Below, one piece after another: positions 10,200 to 20,834 of a stretch of 64,000 nucleotides of DNA. Origin of the DNA: Candidatus Latescibacterota bacterium (GTDB taxonomy: Bacteria; Latescibacterota; UBA2968; GCA-2709665). The notes beneath the pieces are model-generated. The model was not told the origin of the DNA, did no database searches, and saw nothing but the letters and a program-made list of their open reading frames with translations. Location: NCBI GenBank assembly GCA_965237675.1, contig OZ250150.1:960001-1024000 (forward strand). Direction: 5' to 3'. Each line of letters starts with the position of its first letter. Position 1 is the stretch's first letter. Both the position numbers and the translations under genes were made by a program.

Positions 10200-11312
10200 T
10201 CACACCGGATAGTTGACCTTCAGATCCTTGAAGTTATCGTTGAGCTTGAAAGCCTTACCTTCCGCGCGGGCGCGATCCCGGTCGATATTGTTGGCTTCCT
10301 TGACGAAGGCGTTGCTGACGACGTCCTCGGCCTTATAGTGGTTCTCGATCTGCCCGAGTTGGTGCACGGTGTCGATGTAGGCCTGCCAGGATTCCAGGTC
10401 GCTGTATCCGTACCCTTTGCCAACGCGGTCGCCGTCAAAGTAGTTCGTGCCCAACTCGAGCATGGAATCCATCGCAAGCTGGGGCGCCATCTGTTCGCGC
10501 AAGTCGGGAAAGCGGCCGTAGGTGATCTGACCTGCCGCACGCGGATTGGCTCGCGTAAACTCGTAGGCCAGACAATTGGCCTTGAAGAAGCGCGTCCAGA
10601 TGTCGACGCGGATTTCGTCCTTCAGATCGTCGCGGTGGATGGCATAACCGTTGGATGGATGATTGGAGAACTCCATCCCGACAAGGAACTTGAGCTTCAT
10701 TCCCAGGGCTTTCCACTGGGCGGCCAGCCCTCGCCATGCAAGTCCCGCGTCCGCGCGGCCGAGGGCGACCATCTGCCCCCACTGCGGGCCGCCATTCAGG
10801 TAGGTGACAGCCTTGGGGTCGACACCCGCTTCCACCAGGATGGGATCGATGATCACACGCCAGCCTTCGGAAGCGACGGCAATGGTTTTGCCTTCCAGGT
10901 CCTGGACTTTCGCAATAGGACTGTCTTCGGGCAGGGCGAAGTCGAAGACCTGCTTCATCACCATCTCCCAGACGAGCACAACCGGGATACCCGCGTCGAC
11001 ACTGGAAAGCAGTACGCCCGGAGACGGAAAACCGATGTCGGCCTGTTTCTGGCCCACAAGTTTGGTTACCGCCATCGCTTCGGTGGGACCGGGTTCCAAA
11101 ACGACATCCAGGTTCAGTTCCTTGAAGTAGCCCCTTTCGTGGGCAATCCACAGGTTGAAATCGTCCATCACTTCCAGGTTCCCACGGGGTGAGACCCATA
11201 CGATTTTGTCGGCCTCGCCAGCGCTGAGTGGGTTTGCCGGAAGACAAAACAGGACGCCCATGGCGGATGAATAACCCAGAAACTGGCGGCGTGTGACGGC
11301 ATTTTTCTTCAT
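10200..11312 (-). CDS. ABC transporter substrate-binding protein (NMT1/SsuA/THI5-like) with Tat signal
   Basis: TRRQFL twin-arginine motif; GYFKELNLDV and DLEGKTIAV; lies in an operon with a permease and an ATPase. Confidence 0.85.
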   Translation of the reverse strand: MKKNAVTRRQFLGYSSAMGVLFCLPANPLSAGEADKIVWVSPRGNLEVMDDFNLWIAHERGYFKELNLDVVLEPGPTEAMAVTKLVGQKQADIGFPSPGVLLSSVDAGIPVVLVWEMVMKQVFDFALPEDSPIAKVQDLEGKTIAVASEGWRVIIDPILVEAGVDPKAVTYLNGGPQWGQMVALGRADAGLAWRGLAAQWKALGMKLKFLVGMEFSNHPSNGYAIHRDDLKDEIRVDIWTRFFKANCLAYEFTRANPRAAGQITYGRFPDLREQMAPQLAMDSMLELGTNYFDGDRVGKGYGYSDLESWQAYIDTVHQLGQIENHYKAEDVVSNAFVKEANNIDRDRARAEGKAFKLNDNFKDLKVNYPV

Positions 11313-11600
11313 CTCTTTTCCTCCTGATTGACTCCTTGCAGTTCACAAGGGTGCTGGCGTGAATTATTCGCAAAGAGTTGTCGTATTTTTGAATAAGAGG
11401 TTGTTTTTCAATAAATTAATCGTAGGAAATAACGACAACTTTTGAAGCTGTGGGATCGGGTTGTCAAGAGTGATGTCGCACAGTCTATGGGGGACGGATT
11501 CATCGCTATAACCCGGAATAGGGAGCACGCTTCCTACTTTTCGTTTTTATCCCTTCCATCCTGTCCATCCATGTAAATTCCGGTTTCTGAATTATTTGGA

Positions 11601-12401
11601 CTAGTTTTCCCAATTCGCCCATTTCTTTCCGATCAGGTAAAAGGCGACGTATAGGCCGATGCCGATCGCGGCAATCAGGATAATTACGGCGAAAAAGCTG
11701 GACATGCGTGCGAGGGAGGAATAGTAGACCAGGCGATTGCCCAGGCCGGAACCGCCCCCCACCATCTCCGCGCCTATCGCGGTCAGCAGGCCGAAGATGC
11801 CTCCCACCATGAGTCCGACGATGATCATCGGCAGAGCGAGCGGAAAGCGGACCTTGTGGAAAATCTGAAGTGTCGTAGCGCCGTACGAGCGTGCGAGGGC
11901 GATTTTTGCCAGGTCGGTTCTGCGGAAGCCCGTGGCGGCGTTGATCATCACCATCGGGCCGACCGCGAGAGCAACCGCGATAACCCGTGGCGTCTGACCG
12001 AACCCGAACTTGAGGATCAGCAGGGGCACCAGGGCGAGCATGGGCGTGGTGACCAGAATGAGGATATACGGCGTCACGATTTTTTCCACAAAAGGAAACT
12101 GAGTGATGAGAGCGGCCAGAAGAATGCCGACGACAGCCCCGATAGCGTATCCCAGACCCAGTTCCTGAAGCGTGACCAGCAGATGCGGCAAGATTAACGG
12201 GAAGGACCGGTAGAGTGCGGATGCAATCTCACTCGGCAGCGGGAATACATAGGACGGAATGTCCCAGGCGCGGACCGCGAGTTCGGAAGCCGCCACGACG
12301 ACCAGCGCCACACCGGCGATCGCAGCGATCTGTACTCCGGCGAAACTCACGGAGGTCAGGGCTGACCAGTTAATGGGTTGCTTTTCGTCCTTAGTAGGCA
12401 T
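11601..12401 (-). CDS. ABC transporter permease (SsuC/TauC-like)
   Basis: Six TM helices; EAA-like loop ARSYGATTLQIFHKVRFP and AEMVGG..GLG. Confidence 0.9.
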   Translation of the reverse strand: MPTKDEKQPINWSALTSVSFAGVQIAAIAGVALVVVAASELAVRAWDIPSYVFPLPSEIASALYRSFPLILPHLLVTLQELGLGYAIGAVVGILLAALITQFPFVEKIVTPYILILVTTPMLALVPLLILKFGFGQTPRVIAVALAVGPMVMINAATGFRRTDLAKIALARSYGATTLQIFHKVRFPLALPMIIVGLMVGGIFGLLTAIGAEMVGGGSGLGNRLVYYSSLARMSSFFAVIILIAAIGIGLYVAFYLIGKKWANWEN

Positions 12402-12498
12402 GGGGCGAACCCGAGGCGAAGTGTTCTGTCCCGGAAATAGATTGCCGAAATTCGGCCGTCCAGAAGCAGCAAATACAGCTATAAGCCGTCAGCGCCGT

Positions 12499-12648
12499 GA
12501 CCTCTCCCCCCGGCCCCCTCTCCTAAAGGAAAGGGGGAGACGAGCGTTGACCCGTAACAATATGTCGCGTGGATTCTTTAACTGTCGTTATGTCGTCAAC
12601 CAATGACAGTTCTCCCCTTCCTTCAGGAAGGGGGAAAGGGGGTAGGTC
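12499..12648. repeat. REP-like palindrome copy 2 with an inverted partner
   Basis: GACCTCTCCCCCCGGCCCCCTCTCC at 12499; a related inverted hairpin ending GGGGGTAGGTC at 12610-12648. Confidence 0.7.
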
Positions 12649-12678
12649 TTGCGCTCCGCTGCACGTGGCCGGCTTTGG

Positions 12679-13467
12679 TCAGGCCGACGCGGTGTCGTTT
12701 TGAACGTCATGGAAAATGGTCTGTTTGATTTCCGCGACGATCTCGAAAAAATGGGGTTCGGCCGTAACGGATAACGGGCGGGGGCGTGGCAGATCGATGT
12801 CATAGATTCTTGAGTTCCTGCCCGGACGGGGGGTCATCACGTAGATCCGGTCGGAGAGGTAGACGGCTTCGGGGATCTGATGGGTGACGAAGACGATGGT
12901 CTTACGGGACTGTTCCCAGATGTTGAGGAGCATCAGATTCATTTCGTCCCGTGTGAACGCGTCCAAAGCGCCGAAGGGTTCGTCCATGAGCAGAACCCGC
13001 GGGTCGTACGCCAGCGCCCGGACGATGGAAGCCCGTTGCTGCATGCCGCCCGAGAGTTCGCGCGGATAGTGATGTTCAAAGCCCTTCAGTGCCGTGATCT
13101 CGATCAGGTCATCGATACGATCCCGGTAGCGTTCGGGGTCTTCCCGCATGATTTCAAATGGAAAACGGATATTCTGCAGCAGGTTCCGCCACGGCAGCAG
13201 GTTGGAGGTCTGGAAGACCATGCCGATCTCGCGCCGGGGTTCCAGGACCTCCTGTCCGTTTACGGTAATTCTCCCCTCGGTGAGTGGCCAGAGCGCGGCC
13301 ATCGCCCATAGCAAGGTGCTCTTTCCGCAACCGCTTGGCCCGACGATGGAAACGAACTGGCCTTCCCGCACGGCCATATCGAAGCCGTCCAGGGCCTGGA
13401 CCTCCCCGCGGTCTCCGGTAAAGGTCTTGCACGCATTCTCTACGGTGATGATGGGTGGGTTTTGCAT
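12679..13467 (-). CDS. ABC transporter ATP-binding protein (SsuB/TauB-like)
   Basis: Walker A GPSGCGKST, signature LSGGMQQR, Walker B LLMDEPFGALD, H-loop FVTH; probable start MQNPP at 13467. Confidence 0.92.
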   Translation of the reverse strand: MQNPPIITVENACKTFTGDRGEVQALDGFDMAVREGQFVSIVGPSGCGKSTLLWAMAALWPLTEGRITVNGQEVLEPRREIGMVFQTSNLLPWRNLLQNIRFPFEIMREDPERYRDRIDDLIEITALKGFEHHYPRELSGGMQQRASIVRALAYDPRVLLMDEPFGALDAFTRDEMNLMLLNIWEQSRKTIVFVTHQIPEAVYLSDRIYVMTPRPGRNSRIYDIDLPRPRPLSVTAEPHFFEIVAEIKQTIFHDVQNDTASA

Positions 13468-13675
13468 CAGATAAGAAAACAGGAACGCCACGACACCACG
13501 CGGCATGAAGGCGAGACACTCGAGCTTGCACGGGACATGGGGCGGAATCGTGGCGGGTTGGAGGCGACAAAAGGGCGAACGGGAGTATATTCGATTTCGT
13601 GAATTGCAACAAGGGATTTTTTGCACGGCGCGAAGCAGCGAACAGCGATCAGCCTGAAGCGAAAGGCGGTGAGAC

Positions 13676-13790
13676 GACCTCTCCCCCCGGCCCCCTCTCC
13701 TGCGAGGAGAGGGGGAGGAGAACCAGGGGATGAGCCACAAATTGTGTCGCGTCTCAGGTTTTCGTAGGGGCGGTTCGCGAACCGCCCGTG
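13676..13790. repeat. REP-like palindrome copy 3 followed by a GTAG-type REP
   Basis: GACCTCTCCCCCCGGCCCCCTCTCC at 13676, then GTAGGGGCGGTTCGCGAACCGCCC at ~13764. Related palindromes at ~14394-14423, ~14478-14530 and ~16169-16194. Confidence 0.7.
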
Positions 13791-14808
13791 CAGCGTACAG
13801 GATGGGTTAGAATCGCCACGACGCGAGATGTAAGAAGGCCAGCCCTCGACCCGGGGGGCACCAATCAGTCAACAGCAGTTAGCTTTAGGTAAAAACCAAA
13901 AATCCACATCTCACCAAATTCCCTGCCTCCGGCGGGTTCCTTAAAACCGTGAGACGTTAGACGGGAGAGGGAAGAAGACCACGCCGCCACCCACCAGTTT
14001 CGCGCCCTCTTTAGTGATCTGTCTCTATTTGCCCGTTAGCAGGAGACCGGTTCAGAGGGTGAAATATGACAAAGTCTTTAAACCCTCTACCGTCTCGCCT
14101 CTTACCTCTTACCGCTTTTACAAAAGTCGCCGCTGGGCGCGGGGCCTTCCATATGCACAGCGCAAATTACCTCACGAGATGCACATAATCCTCTGCCCTA
14201 CCAGCCACGGAAGTACATCAAACCTCATTGCGGGATGGACTAGCGCGCTCTGCTCTGGTTGTGCTCTGTAATGGCAGCGCATCGGGAATCAGCCCGGATA
14301 ACTCATTGCGAGCAGCCGACAGAGGCCAGCAATCAGTCAAAACCGGTTTGCGATACCGCCTGGCGATATCAAATTCGCGGATGCCCGGCTTATGCATGGG
14401 CGACCGGCCGGTCGCCCATGCAAATGCAACGACGGCGCCAAACGCCAGATCCGGATATCGCGCATTTCAGTTACTTGTAGGGGCCTGCCTACTGACGCAG
14501 ACGAGGCAGGCGGTTCGTGAACCGCCCGCCTTTCTCGGCAATCCTTTTGGGACAGCCTCGGGATCCGTTTCGGGACCACATTGTAGCCGAATGTCTGTGT
14601 ATGTCTGTCCAGGTGCGGCGTGATGGGCGCCGTACAGCAATCCAAGAACCTCGAAACGGACAATACAATGGTTTTTTGCCTCATTGATGACAAAATAAAT
14701 AAAGTTATTACACTTAATAACTGTTTTTTGATTGTATACAATTCGTTACATTTTCCGTATCGCAGATACACAGCCGCACATAGAGCACCGACGTGAAGGA
14801 GACTCACT

Positions 14809-15804
14809 ATGAAAGTCGACTCTGATTGCCTTCGTACACTGCGCCAACGGAAGAAACTATCACGGCCCGATCTTGAACGGGTTTCCGGAATTACTGTGCG
14901 CACGATCCAGCGCCTGGAAAATGAACCGGATAAGTGTCGGAAAACCCGTGAAGACACTGTGAACGAACTGGCGAAAGCGCTAGATGTCGAACCGGGTGTG
15001 CTCACGGGTGAACTGCCCCTTCCAGAGCCCGATGAAGCGCCCGCTTCCGAACCCGACCCCGTCCGGATCGGCGCTCAGATCGCCCCTAAGGTCCGGCTCG
15101 CCTACGATCTCATCAAACGCCGGTACGGCGTCAACGCAACCGATGTCATCACGATGGCGCCGCTGTTTTTTGCGCTGCTAGCGGAGGGAAGCCTTACATG
15201 GCGACGAGAGAAATCGCAGTTAGCGGATGATGGATTCGACCTCTTATTGAAATCAGGAATCGCCCATGACGTCCTGGATGAACCCTTTCGGAATGAAGAC
15301 GAGTCTATCGACAAGGCCGATATCTTCGGCGAGCATCTGTTTATTAATGAATTTGGTCCCGAACCCTTCGATCCCTCCATAGAGAACCCATTCGCCAACT
15401 ACCTGTGTAAGTTACCTGATGACCTCGAAATCCACTCTGGCGTTGTAAACGTGGACAATGGCGGTCTGAGTTTCGGCTCACCGGCGGAGTTCCCGGACTA
15501 CAATATTTGGAACGACGAGATCGAACGCATTACTAACGGTTCTGCCGCTGCAAAAAGAGCTCTTGAGACGGGATTTGCACGGCTTCTGGACATTCCCGAG
15601 GAACTGATGGCCGAAGACAAGGATGCTGAACGCCAGCAATGGCTTGAAGACCGCCTCCCGCCCATCTACAAGGGTCCAAAAATGGATGTACTCGCGCGAA
15701 TGACGGCCTTGTCGCCAACTGGTGACAAAGTGCGGGATATCTTTAAGGATGTGCATCCACGAAAGAACACTTCCGAAACAGAAGACGAAGGAGACGATCA
15801 ATGA
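14809..15804 (+). CDS. XRE-family helix-turn-helix protein with a large acidic C-terminal region
   Basis: N-terminal Cro/C1 HTH (LRTLRQRKKLSRPDLERVSGITVRTIQRLEN...LAKALDV); RBS AAGGAG; stop overlaps the next ATG (ATGA). Confidence 0.8.
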   Translation: MKVDSDCLRTLRQRKKLSRPDLERVSGITVRTIQRLENEPDKCRKTREDTVNELAKALDVEPGVLTGELPLPEPDEAPASEPDPVRIGAQIAPKVRLAYDLIKRRYGVNATDVITMAPLFFALLAEGSLTWRREKSQLADDGFDLLLKSGIAHDVLDEPFRNEDESIDKADIFGEHLFINEFGPEPFDPSIENPFANYLCKLPDDLEIHSGVVNVDNGGLSFGSPAEFPDYNIWNDEIERITNGSAAAKRALETGFARLLDIPEELMAEDKDAERQQWLEDRLPPIYKGPKMDVLARMTALSPTGDKVRDIFKDVHPRKNTSETEDEGDDQ

Positions 15805-16100
15805 GTAATCTGACCTTTTCCCGTCACGCCGAGACGCGCACGCAGCAACGGGCGATTCGGAAAGAGGACGTCCGGCTAATTCAGGAATTCGGGACACCTG
15901 TCGACGCAGACACCTGGTTGATGCGAAGCCGGGACGTTGCCCGAGAGATCGAAAACCGCAAGCGGGAGATCCGCGCATTGAGCCGCCTCAGGAATCGCAA
16001 GGTCGTCATTTGCGGAGAGCGCGTCATCACGGCGTATCCCTCACGGCCCGCAGACCAGAAACGCGCGCTGCGCCGTGGAAGGCAGAAGGGGTATCTGTAA
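15801..16100 (+). CDS. Small basic protein, DUF4258/RelE-like putative toxin
   Basis: FSRHAETRTQQRAI N-terminal motif and C-terminal VITAY strand resemble DUF4258; Arg-rich; translationally coupled to the XRE gene. Confidence 0.6.
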   Translation: MSNLTFSRHAETRTQQRAIRKEDVRLIQEFGTPVDADTWLMRSRDVAREIENRKREIRALSRLRNRKVVICGERVITAYPSRPADQKRALRRGRQKGYL

Positions 16101-16306
16101 CCTCGACTCGTCAAAGACTCCGTCCCACCGACGGTCACGCCTTCACCTCCCCATCACTCCCCCGCCTTGTAGGGGCGTCCCTTGTGGGCGCCCGGCCTCC
16201 GGCGGCGGTGGGGGGATAGCGACCGTATGGAGAGCTCGAAAGATCGTTGGCTCGTACCGCCAATTTTCCAATCCCGACATTTGACAGCTATGGCAGGAGG
16301 CGTAAA

Positions 16307-16984
16307 ATGGAACAGAAAAATAAGACGATCCGCGATGAAATACATGAGATCATAAACATGCACGAATCGGATAGCCCGGATGATCATTGGCTAAGTACAA
16401 ACGAATCGATCGAGACGGTTTCGGACTTCGAGATGTTTGCAGAACAGTTAAAACGAACCGCGGATGACCCTCACCGATGGAAATGGGCCATTATCGCGCT
16501 GCACAGCGGCCTCCAAGGCATGATGGTTCTCGCGCTTAAAGGAAGCAACGGCTTGAATGTTTTAAGCGACGAAAACAAGAAACAATGGCTAAAATGGCAC
16601 AACAGCGACCGATGCGACAAGGCGCGCCCAAAGGATTTAAAGCTGGCGAGTTTTCTTGGGCTTTATAAGAGGATCAAAAGCGACAAAATGAACATGTACG
16701 TTCAAAGCCGGAAATTCCGCCCCTCCGAGACACATGACCGATCTGTCGGACTATTAAACAATACAAGAAACGACTTTATCCACTTCACGCCCAAAGTCTG
16801 GGGACTCGAACTCGGCGGACTTCCCGAGATAGCAACAGATTGCCTTGAATTAGCCGAATTTCTGGCGTGAGAATCCGGCAATGTACGATTCCGGTTGTCA
16901 ATTAAACCTGACCTGGAGGATAGACTACAGGACGCATTTACTTCTGCCGACGAGTCTCTGTGGGCGTTTCGGCAGCAAGGGTAA
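16307..16984 (+). pseudogene. HEPN-like nuclease gene with an in-frame TGA at 16868-16870
   Basis: RBS AGGAGG, ATG 16307, Rx4H motif RNDFIH. The frame stays open 37 codons past the TGA (ESGNVRF...QQG) to TAA at 16982-16984. May still be expressed as the shorter protein. Confidence 0.55.
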
Positions 16985-17069
16985 CAAAACGACGACACAA
17001 ACGCCCTGTCTAAAGACGGTTATTATCGAGCGTATTTTAGCCATCAGGACGCAACTAAAGGAGCAAACC

Positions 17070-17867
17070 GTGTCAATATCTCGGGATGATAAGAATCGAC
17101 TATACGCGGCCCTCCGATCTGTACTGAACAATCTATCGGTCCAAAACATAAGAAATACAGTCGCCGCTGCCGGGTTCGACGTTTCGCAGATCACAGCCAA
17201 AGCCGAAGCGCGGAGTGGCCTCGGCAGTCGAGCGGAGGTGATGCCGGCAGTGGATCGGCTGTTCGGAAAAATGAATGAATCTGCACAAGAGACGGCATTG
17301 CGTATATTAGCAGAGCGACTTACGGAACACAATCCTGATCTGCGGACCAGTACCCAGGACATTCTGGGCCGTCATGGTTACCAGTTTATCGACGGCAACT
17401 TCATCCCTGTGCATGAACTTGATGCAAGGGAGGCCAGGTTTATCCCAAAATCTGCCGCAAACGAGCTTGGCCGGGCCATGTCTCGACTTATCGATGATGA
17501 CTATAGTGGCGCCATCACATCGGCCTGCGGCGCGGTGGACCTGGTAACCCAATCCATCTATGAAAACCAAGATATTGGAAATCCGGGACGCGTTTCATTT
17601 CAGACAAAGGTAAACACGGCCCTTAAGCGGTTGGGCGTATTCGAGGCGATGAGCGAGGAGTTCGTTAGCATTGGCATGAAGCCTGAGGATGTTTCAGCCG
17701 CTGTTGACCACATGAAGAAATCCTGCAACCACGCGGCACACGCTCTCCAGGTACTCCGCCGCGCGATGGGAGATACCCACGGCTCAAAGCCAGCGTTGCG
17801 CCAGACAGCCTATGACGCAGTAAAATGGTCGTCCGCGATCTGTGGGCTTCTTCAACGAGATGGGTGA
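17070..17867 (+). CDS. Abortive-infection family protein (Abi_C/HEPN-like C-terminal domain)
   Basis: GTG after AAGGAG; DYSGAITSAC and LQVLRRAMGDTHG resemble the Abi_C L-R-x(4-6)-H-G motif. Confidence 0.7.
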   Translation: MSISRDDKNRLYAALRSVLNNLSVQNIRNTVAAAGFDVSQITAKAEARSGLGSRAEVMPAVDRLFGKMNESAQETALRILAERLTEHNPDLRTSTQDILGRHGYQFIDGNFIPVHELDAREARFIPKSAANELGRAMSRLIDDDYSGAITSACGAVDLVTQSIYENQDIGNPGRVSFQTKVNTALKRLGVFEAMSEEFVSIGMKPEDVSAAVDHMKKSCNHAAHALQVLRRAMGDTHGSKPALRQTAYDAVKWSSAICGLLQRDG

Positions 17868-19438
17868 GGCCAGGACTCCGTTTTCGGCCGCCAGGTTTTG
17901 CCAGTTGAAGAGCCACATTGAGAGGAAACCGACTCGACGGATATTGGACAACCGCCGCCCCGTCGCTCGTGCTTTGGAACGCACATAAAAACGCGAAACT
18001 AAAACGTAAATCCATCTGAAATCCGCCTCACATTGGTCTTGACTCTGTGGTCGCCTTTAGACTACACTTTGATTTCCGAACCGCCAGGATATTTCGTCGT
18101 TCAAGCCCACAGGGAGCATAGATCGATGCGAATGATTCAATTTCTGATGTGTCTAAACGCATTATTCGGTGGTTGTTTCACTTCTTTCAGCCATGCCTCG
18201 CCAGAGTCGGCCGAAACCGTCCATTTCTGCCTGCCCCTCGACATTGAGCAAATGTCGGCACGTGACAGCACCTACGCCGCGAGCAAGCAGGCGTTGAATT
18301 TGAACGTCGGACCCCCGCGTACGGTCAGGATGATCTATTTCCTCCCCAACGACCGGCCGTACCGCGCCAGCGTGGTGGACTCGATGAGAAGGACCATTCG
18401 CCAGATTCAGACCTTCTATGGCGAGCAGATGCAGGCGCACGGTTACGGATACAAGACACTCGCTGTTGAATCCGATGCATCCGGGGAACCGATAGTCCAT
18501 CGCGTAGCTGGTAAGTATCCCGTCAACCATTACTCTGACGACACCTTCCAAAGGGTGTTTGAAGAGATTGGCCAAGTTTTCGACATCCAAGCGAATATAT
18601 ATCTTCTTGTCCTTGACAATGGTGTAAATACGGTTGTTTCCCGAGGTCGTGAGGTCCTCGGCGTAGGAGGCCAAACGGGAAAAGGTGGAGGTGTTGGGTT
18701 GGTTTCTGGGGATTTTGTTTTTATTACCGTGGCCCACGAAATTGGACACGCCTTTGGCTTGAAACACGATTTCAACGACGGCACCAATATTATGTCGTAC
18801 GGACTGGGACGGGATCGGTTGTCAGCGTGTAGTGCCAGTGTTTTGGCGATACACCCGTATTTTAGTGCCGGAGTTGGAACGACGGAAGGGCCCGGGCCAA
18901 CTGTTGAACTGATTTCGGAGACTCGCTATCGTGCTGGCTTAAAAAGCGTTCCCGTGAAAGTTAGAATACGCGATTCGGATGGGCTTCATTTGGTGATCTT
19001 ATTTGTCCCAACAAGAGAACCGCATCCTGCAGCCGAATTCCTTGAGGTGAAGGCGTGTCGCATATTGGAAGGTGAACGCGTGGCGGTCGTTGAATTTGAC
19101 TATAACGGCGTTATTCCATCTAAAAAAGGCTTTTCAAGCCTAATCAAACATGACGAACACCCGATTATTATTAAAGCGTTTGATACAGCCGGGGATGGTG
19201 GCCAAAAAGCCGACGACAACGGCGTAGGATGGGCGTCTTTCACGCTCTCAAAGATCCCGCCCGAGAATGTGCCGCTTTTGACCTTTGAGCATTATGGAGG
19301 TGGCCTTATCTCATTTTCGCCCGATGGCGCAATCCTTGCTGGTCGCACTTCCCTTTTCGAAAAGACGAGGTTTATTATAGTAGCGTTAATCTGTGGTCTA
19401 CCGCAGCAACCCACGGCGATAACTCAAGAAGACCTCTA

Positions 19439-20660
19439 GTACCCTTTGACGGCTAAAGCGCCGCGTAGTCTGGATACAGCTTTCTCAGCTTGATCCGAGC
19501 ATCGTTGGTCGTGAACCGCCAATTGACAGCCTTGCTTTTATTGTTGCGATCGTTCATCCAGGCGGAAGTCTGCTCTTTGAGTGATTCGATATCGGGGATG
19601 CGTTCCTTCAAGCATTGGTTGCTCAAGACGCTGAGTTCGATCTCGGCGATGTTGAGCCAGCTCCCGTGTTTGGGCGTGTAGTGGATTTCGAGACGTTTGG
19701 CCAGACGGCGAGCTTCTTCGGGTGAGAACGCCTCGTAGAGTGCCGCGGGAGTGTGTGTGTTGAGGTTATCACACACCAAGACGACGGTTTCGGCTTCACA
19801 GTAGTCCGTATCAAGTAGATCCTTGATCTCTTGAGCCCAGTCCACTGCGGTCTTGCGTTGTCTTACACGGACCTTGCGCCAGCCCGCCAGCGGTTCGGTG
19901 AACATGAAGTTCACGGCTGTTCCGTTACGTTCATACTCGTAGTCGTAGCGTTCAGATTGGCCCGGACGTGTTGCGACCACACTACGAGTCTCCTTGACCA
20001 ACTGGACCGGGTGTTCGTCCATATTGACAACGGGCCTCCTGGCGTCGTAGGGCCGCTGATAGACGTCCAAGACATCCTCCATCGCGGCGACAAACGCGGC
20101 GTTCTGCTTGGGCGGAATCACCCAGCACCTTCTCAGGTGAGGCCTAAGTTTGTTTTTTTTAGCGTCCGTTGCACCGTTCGGTATGAGATGCTATCGATGA
20201 TCTCCAGGACCACGAGTTCATCGGCCAGCAGCTTCAGCGTCCACCGCTTATGTCCCTTTGGAGGTTCACTGCAAGCCAACGCGATCAATCGGGCTTCCTT
20301 AGCACCATCGAGCTTTCTTTCGGTGGGAGGATTGGCTCGCTTCTTTCGCTCAAGGGCTGAATCCAGTCCCTCCAACACAAAACGCTTCCGGATGCCCTCA
20401 ACCGTAGACCGATTGCACGAAAAGGCCTCCGTGATCTGCCGATCCAGCCAGGCCGGACCCGCTGCATCGGCCTTGAGAAGTATGTGAGCGTGCCTTATTC
20501 GGTAGGCTTGCGTCTTGCCTTTGCTTACCAGATCCTGCAGACGCTCCCGTTCTTCGGGTCTCAGACGTACGACGTATTTCTTCGGCATGCCGATGGCTCC
20601 TTCGTCTTGAGGGGAGACATCAAACTATAGGCACGCGCAGTCTTAGAAGTCAATAGGTAC
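19439..20660 (-). mobile_element. IS630-family insertion sequence #1
   Basis: Ends GTACCCTTTGAC / GTCAATAGGTAC, TA duplicated at 19437-38 and 20661-62 (CTAG context). HTH ORF 20133-20588 and DDE ORF 19453-20121 (DE, CDNLNTH, HGSWLNIAEIE) are joined by an A8 run near 20153-20161. Confidence 0.93.
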
Positions 20661-20834
20661 TAGACAGACTTGACGGTAACAACGGGCCCGTCAGTTCGGT
20701 GGCGTTTTCGCCCGACGGTACATTGCTTGCGGCAGGAAAAAATGATCACTCTGCTTCAACGAGCATTGTTGAACTGTGGGATGTTGCGCAGTCAACGCCG
20801 GTCCGACGCCTTACCGCGACCTTAGATGGGCCTA

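Noticed and set aside
3200-14600. CRISPR array among the intergenic repeats
   Set aside because: Repeats are dispersed or short-period, with no constant repeat and unique spacer periodicity, and there are no cas genes.
14600-18030. Integron cassette array
   Set aside because: No integrase and no convincing attC sites (RYYYAAC...GTTRRRY) between the genes.
19345-19380. Programmed -1 frameshift in the WD40 gene at CCCTTTTCGAAAAG
   Set aside because: Not a canonical in-frame X XXY YYZ heptamer, and the gene is already broken by two ISs. A 1-nt deletion or sequencing error is simpler.
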